Shown: one piece after another, positions 37,601 to 50,327 of the stretch
How positions within the stretch are numbered: position 1 is the first letter of the stretch
How the letters are laid out: every line of letters starts with the position of its first letter
NCBI GenBank assembly: GCA_976551045.1
Contig: CDPCPM010000021.1
Location: 1,054,001 to 1,118,000 of the forward strand
DNA from: Glaucostegus cemiculus
Taxonomy: Eukaryota
Length of the DNA stretch: 64,000 bases
Reading direction: 5' to 3'
Notes under the pieces: generated by a model
Told to the model about the DNA's origin: nothing
Databases searched by the model: none
Seen by the model: the letters and a program-made list of their open reading frames with translations, nothing else
Made by a program: the position numbers and the translations under genes

Positions 37601-39525
37601 TCCAGTTCATTTAATGGGTACAGTATATTGTTTGTGTGCAGCCTGTACATAGTTTAGTAAATCCATGTATTTAGGCAAACATGCTTCTTAAGCATCTGCA
37701 AACTGAACGATGAATTTTTTATTGTTTTTTTTTCCTCCCCACTGTTCTGTTCCTTTCTATTCTGATAGATGGCTGCCACATGAAAATAACTCCATTGCTG
37801 TCTTGTACATTGTCTTGGACTGTATGCTCAAATCAACATAATTTTTCTCTCCCGATGTTAATACAAAACATTCACATATATTAATTCTGTCTGCTATTGG
37901 CACCTCAAGGAGGACTCAAGTATAATGATTTTTACTTCCCTAACAATAATCACTTCTATTAGTTCATCCTGCTAACTGCCTGACTTAGTGCTCTGGCTAT
38001 GTACTGATCATCCACACATCGATTCATTCTACCTGCCTTCTCCCAAGATCCACTAACCACCCAGCCATTACACCGGGTGACCACCCAAAAACGTTTGTTG
38101 GCACAACCAATACACCACTTAGTTTGTCCTCTGCTCCAGATGTCATCCCATTGGAGATCATGGTCTTAATAATTTGCAAGGACAGTGAGAGCAAACTCCA
38201 GACCTCAACATTTGAAAAAATTCTATTCGAGTAACACGTGCTATGAAACAACAGTTGAACCAACAGCTCTGCCCATTATATCATTCTGGGTAAATTTTGT
38301 GCAAAATGTGTTTAAGATTAAATCATCCAAAATATATTATTCACTCAAACTACATGTACTGCCCACAGAGGTTAGATCAAAACCACGTAGTTTGCACTGT
38401 AGTCTCAGAACAGTGGCCTTTTCACATAATTGATAATAACTTGACAATTATCCACAGAGAGGAATATAACTTGCTATTGTGAAATCTCTCCACACAATCC
38501 AATTCTGTGACTGTCACACTCAATATTAATGATTTTGCTGATGTGTGATCATAACTGAATTTATTTTCCATTCCTGATTGAGACCAGCTCTATGTTGGTG
38601 TGTTGGGACAGCTGCATTCCTTTGAACCAAATGAGTTAGTCTCCTTGGTTACTTATGGTCAGCTCTCAGTGTGCATTTTAAGCAGCTTATATGAAAGGAG
38701 ATTTTTTTTCCCTCTGTTGGGTCAGACTGATAACCTCAATTCAAAGTTCTGGACGTTAAGGGAATTGGGCAGTGCTGGAAAATGGCACCCAGGCAGAAGA
38801 TCTGCTACAAACTTGATGAATGCTGGATCAGGCTTGGAGGTCTGCTCCTGTTCCTGCTTCTTAAGTTCTTTAAGCTTGGAAACTGCCACTTTGAGAGCTT
38901 CCACTTTATCAAGAGATAAGAGGCAAGGTGGTACTTTGTACACAACACCAGGCGTTTATACATGCACAAGGTCTGAGATTCACACCTGCAACACCTCACT
39001 GCATGTTGAATGCTTTAACATATTGCTCCTCTGTGGCCTCAATCAAAACTGGCAGAGTGCCGATTTAACACACATTTTCACATGTAAAAAAAATCTGCAG
39101 GTCCATATTCTTTTGAGAGAGGTGGGTGAACAAAGAGTAAAGTATTTGGCCACGTTTTCAATTTCATCTGCATCTTCACAGATATTACTCTCTCTGGAAG
39201 CTTGTACAGATCTTCTATTGGCTTTCCGTGTAGTGTATGTAAGAAATTACACCATTTAGCAGAAGGGGTGAACCAAGCACATACTTCACTTCATCCATTT
39301 GTTCATGTAACAGCAGCCCTCTACTTATCCCAATAACATACCAGTTAAATGGAAGCAACCAGAGTGGGAAGCAGGTCATCTAAACACAAAGTTCTCATCC
39401 ATGAAATGCTATAAAGCAGGGTGACCATTTATGGATCAGAAGAACATCCTCATAAGCTTGGTTTTTAGTGAAGATGCTGACAAATTTGTAGGTGTTTACT
39501 GATCAAGATTAAGTCAGGTTTTTTT

Positions 39526-39890
39526 AGGGCAGCAGAGTGCTGCAGCTGTTACTACTTCTGCCTGCCCAGATTCAATCCTGACCTCAGTGTAGTTTGCACA
39601 TTCTCCCTATGAGCATGTGGATTTCTGCTGGGTGTCCCAGCTTCCTCCCACATCCTCTCACTGTTGGTTAATTGGCCACAACAGATTACCCCTTACCGTT
39701 TTGTGTTATGTGGTAGGGAGACTGGGGTGAAGGTGTACGGAGGAGGGCTGATATGGTGAGTGGGAGCTGATGGGCATGTGAGAAAGAATAAATTGTAGGA
39801 CCATAGGGAGCTACGGAGAGGGGAAATAGGACGGATGGGATTGCTCTGCTAGGAGCTGATCAGCCAAATAAACACCTTCCGTGTTGTAAT
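39526..39890 (+). mobile_element. HE1/V-SINE-like tRNA-derived SINE
   Basis: Degenerate tRNA head (agattcaatcc B box) and V-domain gtagtttgcacattctccctatgagcatgtggatttct...cttcctcccacatcc. Confidence 0.75.
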
Positions 39891-40994
39891 AAGTAAATTT
39901 TCTCTGCAAGATACCTGGATCACCATCCTGACCAATGGCACTGTTTGTGTTGCTGTATCCTAAACACTTGTCAAAGTTCATTTACCAAGCCTGCCATGAG
40001 AGGGGAGCCACAATGTTAAGCATGACCTTCCCATAGCATGAAGTAGATATAACATAGAGTGGAATCATCAGTAATCACACGGGTTTTCTTTGCCCAACTT
40101 CATGAACAATGGCCTGCTAGAGCTGGTTAAAGTACGCGAAAGGCACTAGCCTCTCACCTGTATTAATATTCCTTGAGGGTCTGGGAATCGGACACATTCA
40201 AAACCCTTCTGCGCCACTCCTCACTGTACACTTGCCCCATCAATACCATACAACAACCCAACCCCACATCAGCCCTTCTCACTATACTCCCAATGCAATC
40301 TGCCTACCACACGACACAAATTTCCCTCACCAGCCCATGAAAACTCAAACCTGCAGCACAATGACATTTAGGAGCGGGGCTGTAAAACATATACACTGGC
40401 TCTAGCTCCTGACATCTGTAATTATCTGCTTATCTACCTGTTGAATAATGCACAGCTCAGTAATTGCCTCTCTGCTAGAGCAAACACTTTCAAGCACTAC
40501 ACTTCAGCTAATTCCATAGCCAGGCCAGTTAGTGCAATGAGTGGCTCAGCCAGGACAACCATTCTCTGATTCTCCTCCAGTTAATCAAACAACAAGTGGG
40601 GATTGATCCATCCTGGGAATTTCCTCTCCATGATAGGCAAATTGTAAGGATCCCTACCAACAGAAAAGGACCCCGCATTCTCAGCTCTGACAGTAGAGTG
40701 TGCATTGTATGTGGGATCCGCGGAGATTCAAATATCTTGGATAGCCATCTTCCTTCTTTTTCCAATCCTTTAATGACCAGTTAGCTTGGCCTGCATCATC
40801 AACTAACTTTATGCTTGCTACTTCCAGGACTGTTGAAGAGCACTACTACAATTTCCTTAGTGGGAGGGAACCATGCAGAATAATCCCCCAATTGATTCAA
40901 GTTAGTAGCCAAGATAAAATTGAACTACAGGCAAAACAATACTGTAACTGGGCACAAATTCCAAGGCTCCTTCTTGCATATTAGCTTTAGGAGC

Positions 40995-41100
40995 AAGCCT
41001 CCCTACAGTGCAACAGCGACTACACTTCAAAAACACTTCCATTACCATCAAGATCTTGGCAATGTCATGAGCTCATGGAAGATACTGTCTAAAATGCAAA
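40995..41100 (+). mobile_element. Deu-domain SINE 3' tail fragment
   Basis: cctacagtgcaacagcgactacacttcaaaaacacttc...ctcatggaagatactgtctaaaatgcaa. Confidence 0.55.
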
Positions 41101-41559
41101 CGTCCACATGTTTTGAACAGAACAGCACAATTTTAGATTGCATCTTTAAATGCTAAAAATCATTGGTTAAACATACTGTGCAGTGTACATAATTCCTCTG
41201 AAACATATTCCCTGTCCTTGGCGATCATATTATGCAAAACTACTCAGTCAAAGACTTTACTTCTTGCAGAAGACACTGCCCAGCGTTCTGCCTTCAAAAC
41301 CCACAGAGTATCAACTGTGGTTAAATACGAGGGCCTATAAACTGCTTTCCATTTGCATTGTGCATTGGTATCTGAAAAAAAATACTGGAGGAACTGTGGC
41401 TTTCCCCACATTTATGTAAATATCTGCAAAGTGAATCACAACTGCATAATAAGATATGGAAGCACAGTGGTTTACTCACCCTGTGGTGTCCCCAAAGGCC
41501 TGGACAAGTTGCGCTGAGGCAAGAATTCAAATTGCAGTGTGGCAATTAAGAAGTTTAAA

Positions 41560-41775
41560 TAAGATTAACAAAATAACCTGGAATTTAAAATTCAGCATCA
41601 AAATTTGTAACCTTGAAATTACCAGATTGTAGTAAAAACCCAGCTGGTCACTAATGTCCTTTGGAAAAGGAAATATGCTGACCTTATCAAGTCTGGACTA
41701 TGCACGGGCCCGGAAAGAAAGCAGTGTGATTACCTCTTAACTACCCTCTGAAACGGCCTGGCAGACTGTTCAGTT
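41560..41775 (+). mobile_element. SINE of the same family as 21380 and 45935 (core)
   Basis: ccagattgtagtaaaaacccagctggtcactaatgtcctttggaaaaggaaat...ctcttaactaccctctgaaacggcct. Confidence 0.65.
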
Positions 41776-42099
41776 GATTCAAATAACAGCAAAACAATGA
41801 ATAGATTCCAGAGTCATCAGTGAAGCTGTAGAGTGAAAATCTTGTGATCTCTTTTTCCAGCATTGATTGATGTCAGGGTGACAGTTCAGAAGGATCACTG
41901 GCATCCACCAACAGTAAATCTTAAAACTGACTGAGCATCCAACTGAGGAATTCCTGTGAGGCAAATGGAGGAGGAAAAAGCATAGCATCACGGTGAAAAG
42001 GTTACATTTCATGTGTAAATGGCCCTGGAAGTCCTCACGAGTGAATCTGTATAAGGCCTAACATATATGAGATAATCCTCTCATGATTACCAACTACTT

Positions 42100-43790
42100 C
42101 TCTCTTGATGGATGAACGAGTGTTCCTTCTTGTTGCACAATACTTGGGAGAAAAGTAGCAGGAATGCAGGATGAGTTATCAATGTCCACCACCAAGACTG
42201 ACTTAGTAGAATCTGAGCGAGTTTAGGACATGGTTTTCAGATTGGAAATGCAGCAGCAGATGAGAATTGAATGAAGAAGAAAATCTATTTGAGCTTACCT
42301 TCACTAAGTTACCTGCTGCAGATGCATCAGTCTAAAACAGTATCGGCAGAAGTGCATGTGGAGAATAAATACGACCATATAATGAAGACACCATACACTG
42401 TGTTGTGAGTCCCAACCATCATACCATGGAGGAGTAGATTCAGGACAGATCCAGAAGAGTCAGTAAACAGTAGATTTATATTACTCCACCTAATCTGTAA
42501 CCTTTTGATCTGGCATTTCCCCTCATTGTACTATTACCAACTGACCATGGAACCAACCCTAGTTCAATAAGGTGAATAGAAGTGCATGCAAGGTGGTGCT
42601 TCATGATACCTAAAAACAAGTTCCAATTTAATGAAGGTTCTACATAGAAATGCATGTGTATTAGATTGCAGAAGTAGCACCTAATTGGAGAGTGGGAAGT
42701 GCCAAAGGGTCCCACAACCAACAGAAGAGAATATAATTGTCATCCTACTATATCTAATGAATGGTGGTTGCCAATTAGGCAATCAATGTATAGAGGGAAT
42801 TTCATAACATTGCTATTTTCAACAATGATGAAACATCAAAGTTCAAAGGGCAAGGCTGATGAGTTTAGTACCGCTGGCTGAAGAAGATTGTAACTGGAAG
42901 ATCTATCTACATCTCCTCCGATAATACCCACCATTACAGAAGCCAGTACTCAGAGAAACAATGCAAGTACAATGGATACAAGGGCCAAGCAATGACCATC
43001 TCCAAATGAGAAAGCTAAACCACAACCCCTTGATCAAATGCATCACAAAACAAAAACAGAGCCTTAGAGCCATATAAGCAAAGAAATAAAGTGGCTGCAA
43101 GAGTAGATCCAAGGGCTAGATATTTTGTGACTCAGATCCCCTCTCTTCAAAGCCTTCCAGAACAGACAAAGCACAAAAAACAAGTTGCTGGAGGGGGAAC
43201 TCAGTGGGCTGAACAGCATCTGTTTGGGGGGTGGAGGTAGTGCGGGGAAGGGGGGGAATTGTCAACATTTTGGGTTGAGACCCTGCATCAGGTTAAGGCA
43301 CGGCTCTATAGAATGATGGAATACTTGTCACATCCAAGAAAGTCAATATCACCCAGGTAAAACAATGCTTTTGACTGGTATTTCATCTACCACTCTAAAC
43401 ATTCCCTCCCTCCACCATAAATAGGATGTAGTTTTGTGTGTATAAATCTACAAGTGGCACTGTAGCAACTTGCTAAACTTTCTTTGACAGCAGCTCCCGA
43501 ACTTATGGCACTTATCAACTAGTAGATTAAGGACAGCAAGTGCATAGGAATGTTATCAATTGCAAATTGCCCACCAAGCCACACATCATGCTGACTTGGA
43601 AATGCAACACTTATCTTGCAAATTCTTTCGATTCACTGGGTCAAAATCCAGAACTCCCTATCAAGATTTTGAGGGAGTACTTTCACTACATAAAGTTCGA
43701 GAAAAATAACTTACCATCACCTTCGCAAGTGCAGTTAGGGATGAGCAATAAATGCTGACCTTGCCCATATCATGTGAATGAATAAAAAAC
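42100..43790 (+). mobile_element. Degraded family-B LINE, interrupted at 43175-43294
   Basis: QAMTIS near 42990, 3' region matching the 20205 copy, tail gcagttagggatgagcaataaatgctgaccttgccc...gaataaaaaa. Confidence 0.65.
43175..43294 (+). repeat. Hairpin-type repeat half copy nested in the LINE
   Basis: ttgctggagggggaactcagtgggctgaacagcatctg...gtcaacattttgggttgagaccctgcatcagg, flanked by aaagcac and aaggcac. Confidence 0.7.
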
Positions 43791-45934
43791 ATGAGATGCA
43801 CCTAAATAATTTATATCCACTTGGAGTTCAGCCACAGAGCTGACGGCTGTTAATCAGAGGTTTGTAGTAAAGGGAATGGAGTCTTGTGGTAGTTAAAGAA
43901 CATGGTAATAGGATATGTATTTGAAACATAAGCTATGCAGTTTGAAAACAAAATGTCTCTTACAGAGAAGCCTTACAGATCTCCAATAATTCCTTAATTA
44001 ATAGAATTTTAACATTGAGCACAAGCCATCCAGAAAAAAACTGATATTCTGAAGGTGGTAATCTGAAATAAATTTTAGCAGGCTTCTTTCTGAGAAAATA
44101 CAGCTAAGTGACACAGAACGCATAAGATATGAAAACAGAATTAAGGTTTGACAGATCAGTCTAGCATTCACAAATGAAGGCGACCTCTTCAGCGTGGTTT
44201 CCATGGTAGTCACAATCAAGAAATAAACAGTTTTTACTTATTGCTTTTAACTTTTAAATATGCTAAATTCAGCAGCAAATTTGCAACTGATTTACTGGTC
44301 CTTCATTTTTTGAAATGTCGTACCTGCAGGGAACCCAAAACTAAGAGTCAGAAATAAATTCACCAATACGTCAGGGTTTCAGGAGAAATGTCTTTACTCA
44401 AGAGTGGTGAGGGTGTGGAAGCTACTACCACGCTGTGCAGTTGAAGCTAATGTCACAAATACATTTAACAAACAATTGGATAATCCTGTTTATAGGGTTG
44501 GTAGAAATAAGATGGGTGAAGACTCATGCAGTTTAAATCTCCATGTACTTTAAAATCCTATGTAATTCTATAAATTCACATCTTTGATCCTTATATGCAT
44601 CCTGCTAAATGGATGCCATAATCAGTGTAGTGGTTTCTGACAGTCCGCAATAGCTCTATGACCGGTTTAATAGAAAGAGTCCACAGTTAACTATGTTGTT
44701 TTGTTGAGCACCACGGTTACATTTATTTAAATTATTATGGTATGATTAATCCCCCATGGAAATGCAGTATATGAATACAGACTATTTTGTAAACCACATT
44801 CAGACCAAATAACGAAACACCTTCAGTTCACGTTTTAGCATTTCTCCCGCATCACACGCACATTTACAATGCAGATGATAAGCTAAAGTCAATGCCTTTA
44901 CTATAAGCAGTCTTGTTAAAAGGTAAATCTGTACCATCAATAATATGGCAGAGAACGCTGTGCTTCTGACATAAATATTTATCATTCAGTGCAAGAGCAA
45001 ATGACCTTTAAAACTTAAGGCATTCATCCTGCACATGCACAGCCTGTCAGGTGTGTGCACCGGCCTGTGACCAATCATTGACCAGTCCATGAAAAAGTCA
45101 CTTTACCTGAATTACATGAAATACTGCGCTTTAGTCATCCTGCTACTCATGTAATGAAACCTCACTCTGTCACAGCTCTCCCCAAATTGATGCTGGTGAA
45201 TAGTCCAACCATTCACCATGGCAGATAATATTCAGAACCTTGCTCGATGATTTGCCTCCTTTGTTTTTGCACTTTTGTGTGCAATCTCAATTAATTCATC
45301 TGACAAAACAATTTTTGTTTGGAGGCAAAAAAAAAACTCAGCTCCCCAAATGTTCACCAAGCACATACCAGGCAAGTTTTTGTTTTGCAGTTTATTTCAA
45401 CTGTAATACGATTGCTTGATATACAAAGCTGACAATGACCAGTGCAGAAGAGGATCAGATAGGTCTAATAACTTGCAGAGGCCATGCTCTTCGATGTCAC
45501 TCGGCAATAAATTCAATTTCTTTCAAATGGATAGGATTTTACATTTACAGAATAAAATTACCACATCGCTTTATAGTTTACTTTGTGACATTTCACAAGA
45601 TAGGTTATCCTGTAAAAAGAGTAAAGTACACACAGTGCCAAGGGGATCCAAAGTACTTATTTCTGTGACTGGTGGCTGTAGAGTCTTCTATAACTAAAAC
45701 AGCTTTCTGAGACTACTTTACAGGATTCTGTAACATTTACACATTTGTTAAACCAGCTATTAATGAAATAGTCCATGTAATATTACTGTAGTGTAATCTA
45801 GCACCAGGATAGAGTGCACGGATACATTTCATTAACATAATGTTGTTTACCTGGTTGTTTATGCAGTGATTGAAAGTGATAGTGATAGTGACACTGACAC
45901 TAGGGAGTCAAGTTAACAATCAGATAAGTAACTG

Positions 45935-46275
45935 AACTGGTATCTGGAGGCCTGGACTATTGATCTGGAGTCACAAGTTCAATTACCACTGAAGTAGTGG
46001 GCAAATTTAAATGCAAGTAATTAAATAAAAAATAGGATAAGACAACTGGCATCAGTAACAGTAAATGCAAACACTAGATTGCTGAAAAAACCCACCTGGT
46101 TCACAAATCTCCCTTTGGAAAGGAAATTTACCATTGTTCCACTGCTGCATGTTCTGGCTTATATATGTGACTCCAGACCCACCATTAGTTGTCCTCTGAG
46201 ACTGCTTTTCAGAAGAATTAAGGATGGGAAATTAATGATGACTTCATGAGCAAAGACCACATTCTGTGAATGGAT
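45935..46275 (+). mobile_element. tRNA-derived SINE with family-B LINE-like tail
   Basis: ggaggcctggactattgatctggag...agttcaattacc head, aaaaacccacctggttcacaaatctccctttggaaaggaaa core, gaattaaggatggg tail. Confidence 0.7.
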
Positions 46276-47467
46276 TTTAAATCCGAACAGTTGCAAGAAC
46301 AATGAACCGACAAGGTTTGAGATATCATGAATCCTCTTGCACATCACTGAGTCTTACTTTAGTATTCTGCAGACACAGTTCCTTGGCAAATCGTCTAGAA
46401 GCTTATGCTTGCCAACTGCAGATTGCACTGCACAGATACCGATACTCAAATATGATGATATACTTTATGCTTGATATGTTTTTGGTTTTTATAACAATGC
46501 CTATTCAGCTGTGGTGGGCAACAGGTGTTGGTGGACTGTTGAAACCTCATTTTGCATTGCTCCTATGCCAGATGCACATCAGTATTCCACCTAAATATTT
46601 GATTAAGTAAAGAATGTGTAGATAGATCGGATCAATACCTAGTCATTTCTCTTATCTGCTTTCCATCCAGCGTGGATAATGAATGGACAGTGAGTGAAAA
46701 GGCTTTCTCGATTAGAACTTTAATTCTTAGTTTATTTTGAAACTTCCTCTGTAATTTTTTCACTGATCTAAATTTTTGTCACATCCCTGCTGTGATTTCC
46801 ATGACCCTTGTCAATCAGAGCTATTCGACCACCAAGGCACGGACTGTGGAAGCACCCTGCAATTGCACATGAAGTCTGCAGACACCAATGTGCCACGGAA
46901 CTGATGCATTTTCATGAAGAAAGCTCGAGGCAAGTGGCTTTAGACCTAAAGAGGTCTTTGCCCCATAAAACTCCTCTGGGAGTAGATACTTTGATGCCAA
47001 CTTCAGCAAAGTGGAAGGATACCCAAGGATACCAATGCTTTTGTCGAGAAGTGAAAAGAAGCACCTTAGCGCCACACACAGCACAATCCTTCCTCTCCCT
47101 CCCACAGAAGCAGGAGCAAAGGCTGATCAAGCATATTGAACCCATAGATGCCTGTCATGGAAGTGCTTACATTCGAGACACACATGACAACTGGACAAAC
47201 AAAAATAATAATTAGGTGAAGCTGAGGGTAGAAGCAGATGGAAACATCATTCACTGCCTTCATGCTTCTCAACAGGCATGAGCTGTAGACACGAGGTATA
47301 CCAGGGACAGCCCAGAGCACAGCAAACCTAGGCACAAAATGGTCACCTGTAAAGCAGTAGTCTGCCCAAGCTACAGGAAGGAAGGCCACCAAAAAGCTGG
47401 ATACAGCAACCTGGGTAGGAAGGCAGGTCACATCTTCAAAATCTGCCCAACTTAGTAGGATTTAATA

Positions 47468-47716
47468 TGAACCTGAGGGGCAACTTATTCACCCAGAGAG
47501 TAAGTACTCAGCATAGGGAAAGTACTCAGCTGCCAGAGGAAGTGGCTGAGACAGGTACATTAACAACATTTAAAAGGCATGTGGATAGGTATAGGGATAG
47601 GAAGAGTTTAGAGGGATATGGGCTGAATGCAGGCAAATGGAACGAGCTTTGATGGGAATTTTAGTAAGCATGGACAAGTTGGGCCGAAGGGCCTGTTTCC
47701 ATGCTGTATGAGACCA
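47468..47716 (+). mobile_element. CR1 3' end
   Basis: NLRGNLFTQRV...LPEEVAETGTLTTFKRHVDRY followed by gggccgaagggcctgtttccatgctgtatg. Confidence 0.9.
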
Positions 47717-47979
47717 TAGACCAGGGATAGCGGAGGCAGGGACAATGGTGCCCAGAGCAACAGCACAGATGGAGCCAGCTCTTGGCGACTGCAATAACAA
47801 AGAGTAAGGCAGCCAGCTCCAGAAAGTTGGGAGCAGCAATCTTGAAACAAAACTCAGGAAACAGCTTGAAAGAGGAACCATGCAGGATTCCCCCAAAGTC
47901 ACCTGCTCCACTGCAGGGGAGCTGAGCTCTGGAGAAATCGGGAGTCGTACCGCAGCCTCAGGTAAATAGCACAGTCATA

Positions 47980-48180
47980 TCCAGCTACGGATTCCTTCCT
48001 TCAAACTAATTTTGGACAGTATGACCATCATGTGTGTGGGATATCTTGTTGAAGTACTTCTCCTAATCCAAGCCAACATTACCATAGTCCACTCTCCTGT
48101 GTTGCTCATTGATGATAGTTTTTCTGGGAAACAGAACGTTGTCAGAAATTTTCCTGCTGGGTACATTACAGATCAGAGAA
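47980..48180 (+). mobile_element. Possible LINE ORF1 (SGNH esterase-type) remnant
   Basis: VLLIDDSF...VVRNFPAGYITD resembles the V(L)IGDS...CFPGA.I.D motifs of CR1/L2 ORF1. Confidence 0.3.
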
Positions 48181-48744
48181 AGAGGTGGTGGGGGGGGGGG
48201 GGGAAATGTACCCAACATACCTCTTACCCTGATGAATGCTTTTGCGTGCAGACACATCAATCTGTGTTTAGACCCCAGGCATTCAAGCACTAAATATCCA
48301 GGTACTGTAGAATAGGTTTGACCACATTTCACAAGTTATTCTGTTCAGTTGCATGCCACTCATCTTTAGTAGAAATATTTGTGTAAAAGAGCACCTTTGG
48401 CCGAATCAGTCTGGCAGAGGTCTGTACAGAAAGTCCTTGAGGCTTTGCAGGACCATTAGTCATTTGCTAGAATGCCTCATCATCAGACTTCTCAAACAAG
48501 AACTGAGATCTTGCTTGGCCAGTGCTGAGAAGTACTGTTCCTGTCAGATCATTTACACATAACTAGAGAGTGTCAAAACTATTGTATACCAAGCTTGAGG
48601 TGGCTGTGGTAGAACAGAGACCATTATCCATCTGCTTATGGAATGCGTTTGCCAAGATCTAGAATGGTTTGCACTGGTCTTTGTCAAGTTTCATCCATAC
48701 AACTTCATAATGCATGATTCTCTGCTCTCACTATGACAAACATT

Positions 48745-48855
48745 TGTGCAACTAGTAGAGTTACTGCCTTACAGCTCCAGCAACCCGGGTTCAACTCCCG
48801 ACTCCAGTATTGTCCGTGTGGAGTTTCCGTGTTCTTCCTGTTACTGCCATGTTCC
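48745..48855 (+). mobile_element. HE1/V-SINE-like 5' half
   Basis: tagtagagttactgccttacagctccagcaacccgggttcaactcccg (A/B box-like) followed by gtgtggagtttccgtgttct. Confidence 0.75.
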
Positions 48856-50327
48856 CACTACAAAGGAAAAATCAGAATGCAAAGCCCTCTATGGGCTGGA
48901 ATGAATTTAAAAAATCCTGAATCATTTGCCCAAAAAAAAAGTATGTAAAATAAAAATCATGTTGACTTAAATGTAAATTAAATGATATGGCTTGCAATGA
49001 GAATGGTGACACATGAATGTAAATTTTATGAATAAAATAATCTGGTTGAAATGCAAAAAAAAAACAGCATCCAAAATGTTGAATATTTACCATTTTTCCT
49101 GACCATAATTTAATATTTTTTGGATAACTGGAAGATAACAATAAATGGAAAAAATAAGAGACAAAAGGGGTTCAAGTACAAACTGAGCACATTTAATTGT
49201 AGCTGTGCATTCCACCCTGCTTCTGAAACTTGGTTCCACTGACTTGAATCTGTACAGATTAGCACAAATAACAAAGGATTCTACCTTGGTGTTTAGATTC
49301 TGTTTCCACCTCTGAATCAGCTAAGAAGCTCACAAAAGGCTTTGCATTCCTACCCCAGAAGGACAGTCCCAAAAGTAGGGAAAATTATCTAACCAGATAA
49401 GGAAAACCATCAGCTTGTGTCTGTTCTCTCTATTGCCACTAATCCTCTGAAAACCATCATATAAATAGAGCAGTTTTGAGAATAAAGTGCAGTCAGCACT
49501 GGTTTAACCTTAGATTGTATATCTTCCAATAAAAGTCCACCAGCAAATAATACAGCTGGAAAAATGGTGAACTGGTTCACCCATGCAGGAGACCTAAGCA
49601 ACTTTTTTAATGTTCTTTCTATCTGACTTTGGGCTTTTCTCTGGCCTGACTCCCAGCTGGCACAGAAATAAAATGTTCATGCTTTACCCAGGTCTCCCAA
49701 AAAGTCGATTGAAACACTTGAACAGGAGCATACTTTCTTCAGGTAGTTGTCTTGGCCAAATGTCCTGAGCATCCAGACAACATAATTATGACCATGATGG
49801 CAAAGAACAGGGCACTCTACTCAAAATCTTCCTTTATTGATGAGAGTAACTAAACTCATTGCTCTGCCAGCAAATCCTGATGATCTTCACAACAGAAGCA
49901 ACACCCAACTCTAAAAATGATATAACAGAATACTCATTTGGATTTACATATATTGACTTCATAATTTTCGAGGTGATGAATGTGATGACACTACTGCTGT
50001 TAATTATGTGATAAACCTGAATTGATGTCACCACAATAAACTGCCCATTGACTAATATGAGGGATTAACTAGAAATATCATCCTTCTAATCAATGGCTGT
50101 TGTACTACCCATTGCCATCAAAGGACGTGGATGAAAGAGAATAAAATTGCCCACCGATCGCTGTGTATCTGTATCAAATTGTGAATTTACAGGTTTACCT
50201 TTCGTTGGAATAATTTGCAGTGGTTCAGTTGAATGTTTCATACACTGCTCAGATTTCGTTCACCAATGTGAAAGGAGAATAAACATTCGAATGACACACT
50301 CATGTTGGGAGGAATTCAGAGGTTTAC

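Noticed and set aside
38600-39259. 219-aa ORF on the + strand
   Set aside because: No recognisable domain, non-ATG start, and it runs through a decayed CR1 3' tail (~38750-38860). Likely chance.
44318-44360. Recursive splice site (minus strand ...ctgac...ttccctgcag|gtacga)
   Set aside because: The reconstituted donor and polypyrimidine tract are weak, and AG|GT occurs often by chance in 46 kb.
46808-47431. Cluster of overlapping 77-135 aa ORFs in slightly GC-richer sequence
   Set aside because: No convincing protein motif in any frame. Probably an old transposon remnant I cannot classify.
48745-48810. tRNA gene
   Set aside because: The A/B-box-like sequence runs straight into a V-SINE body and does not give a full cloverleaf. 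It is a SINE head.
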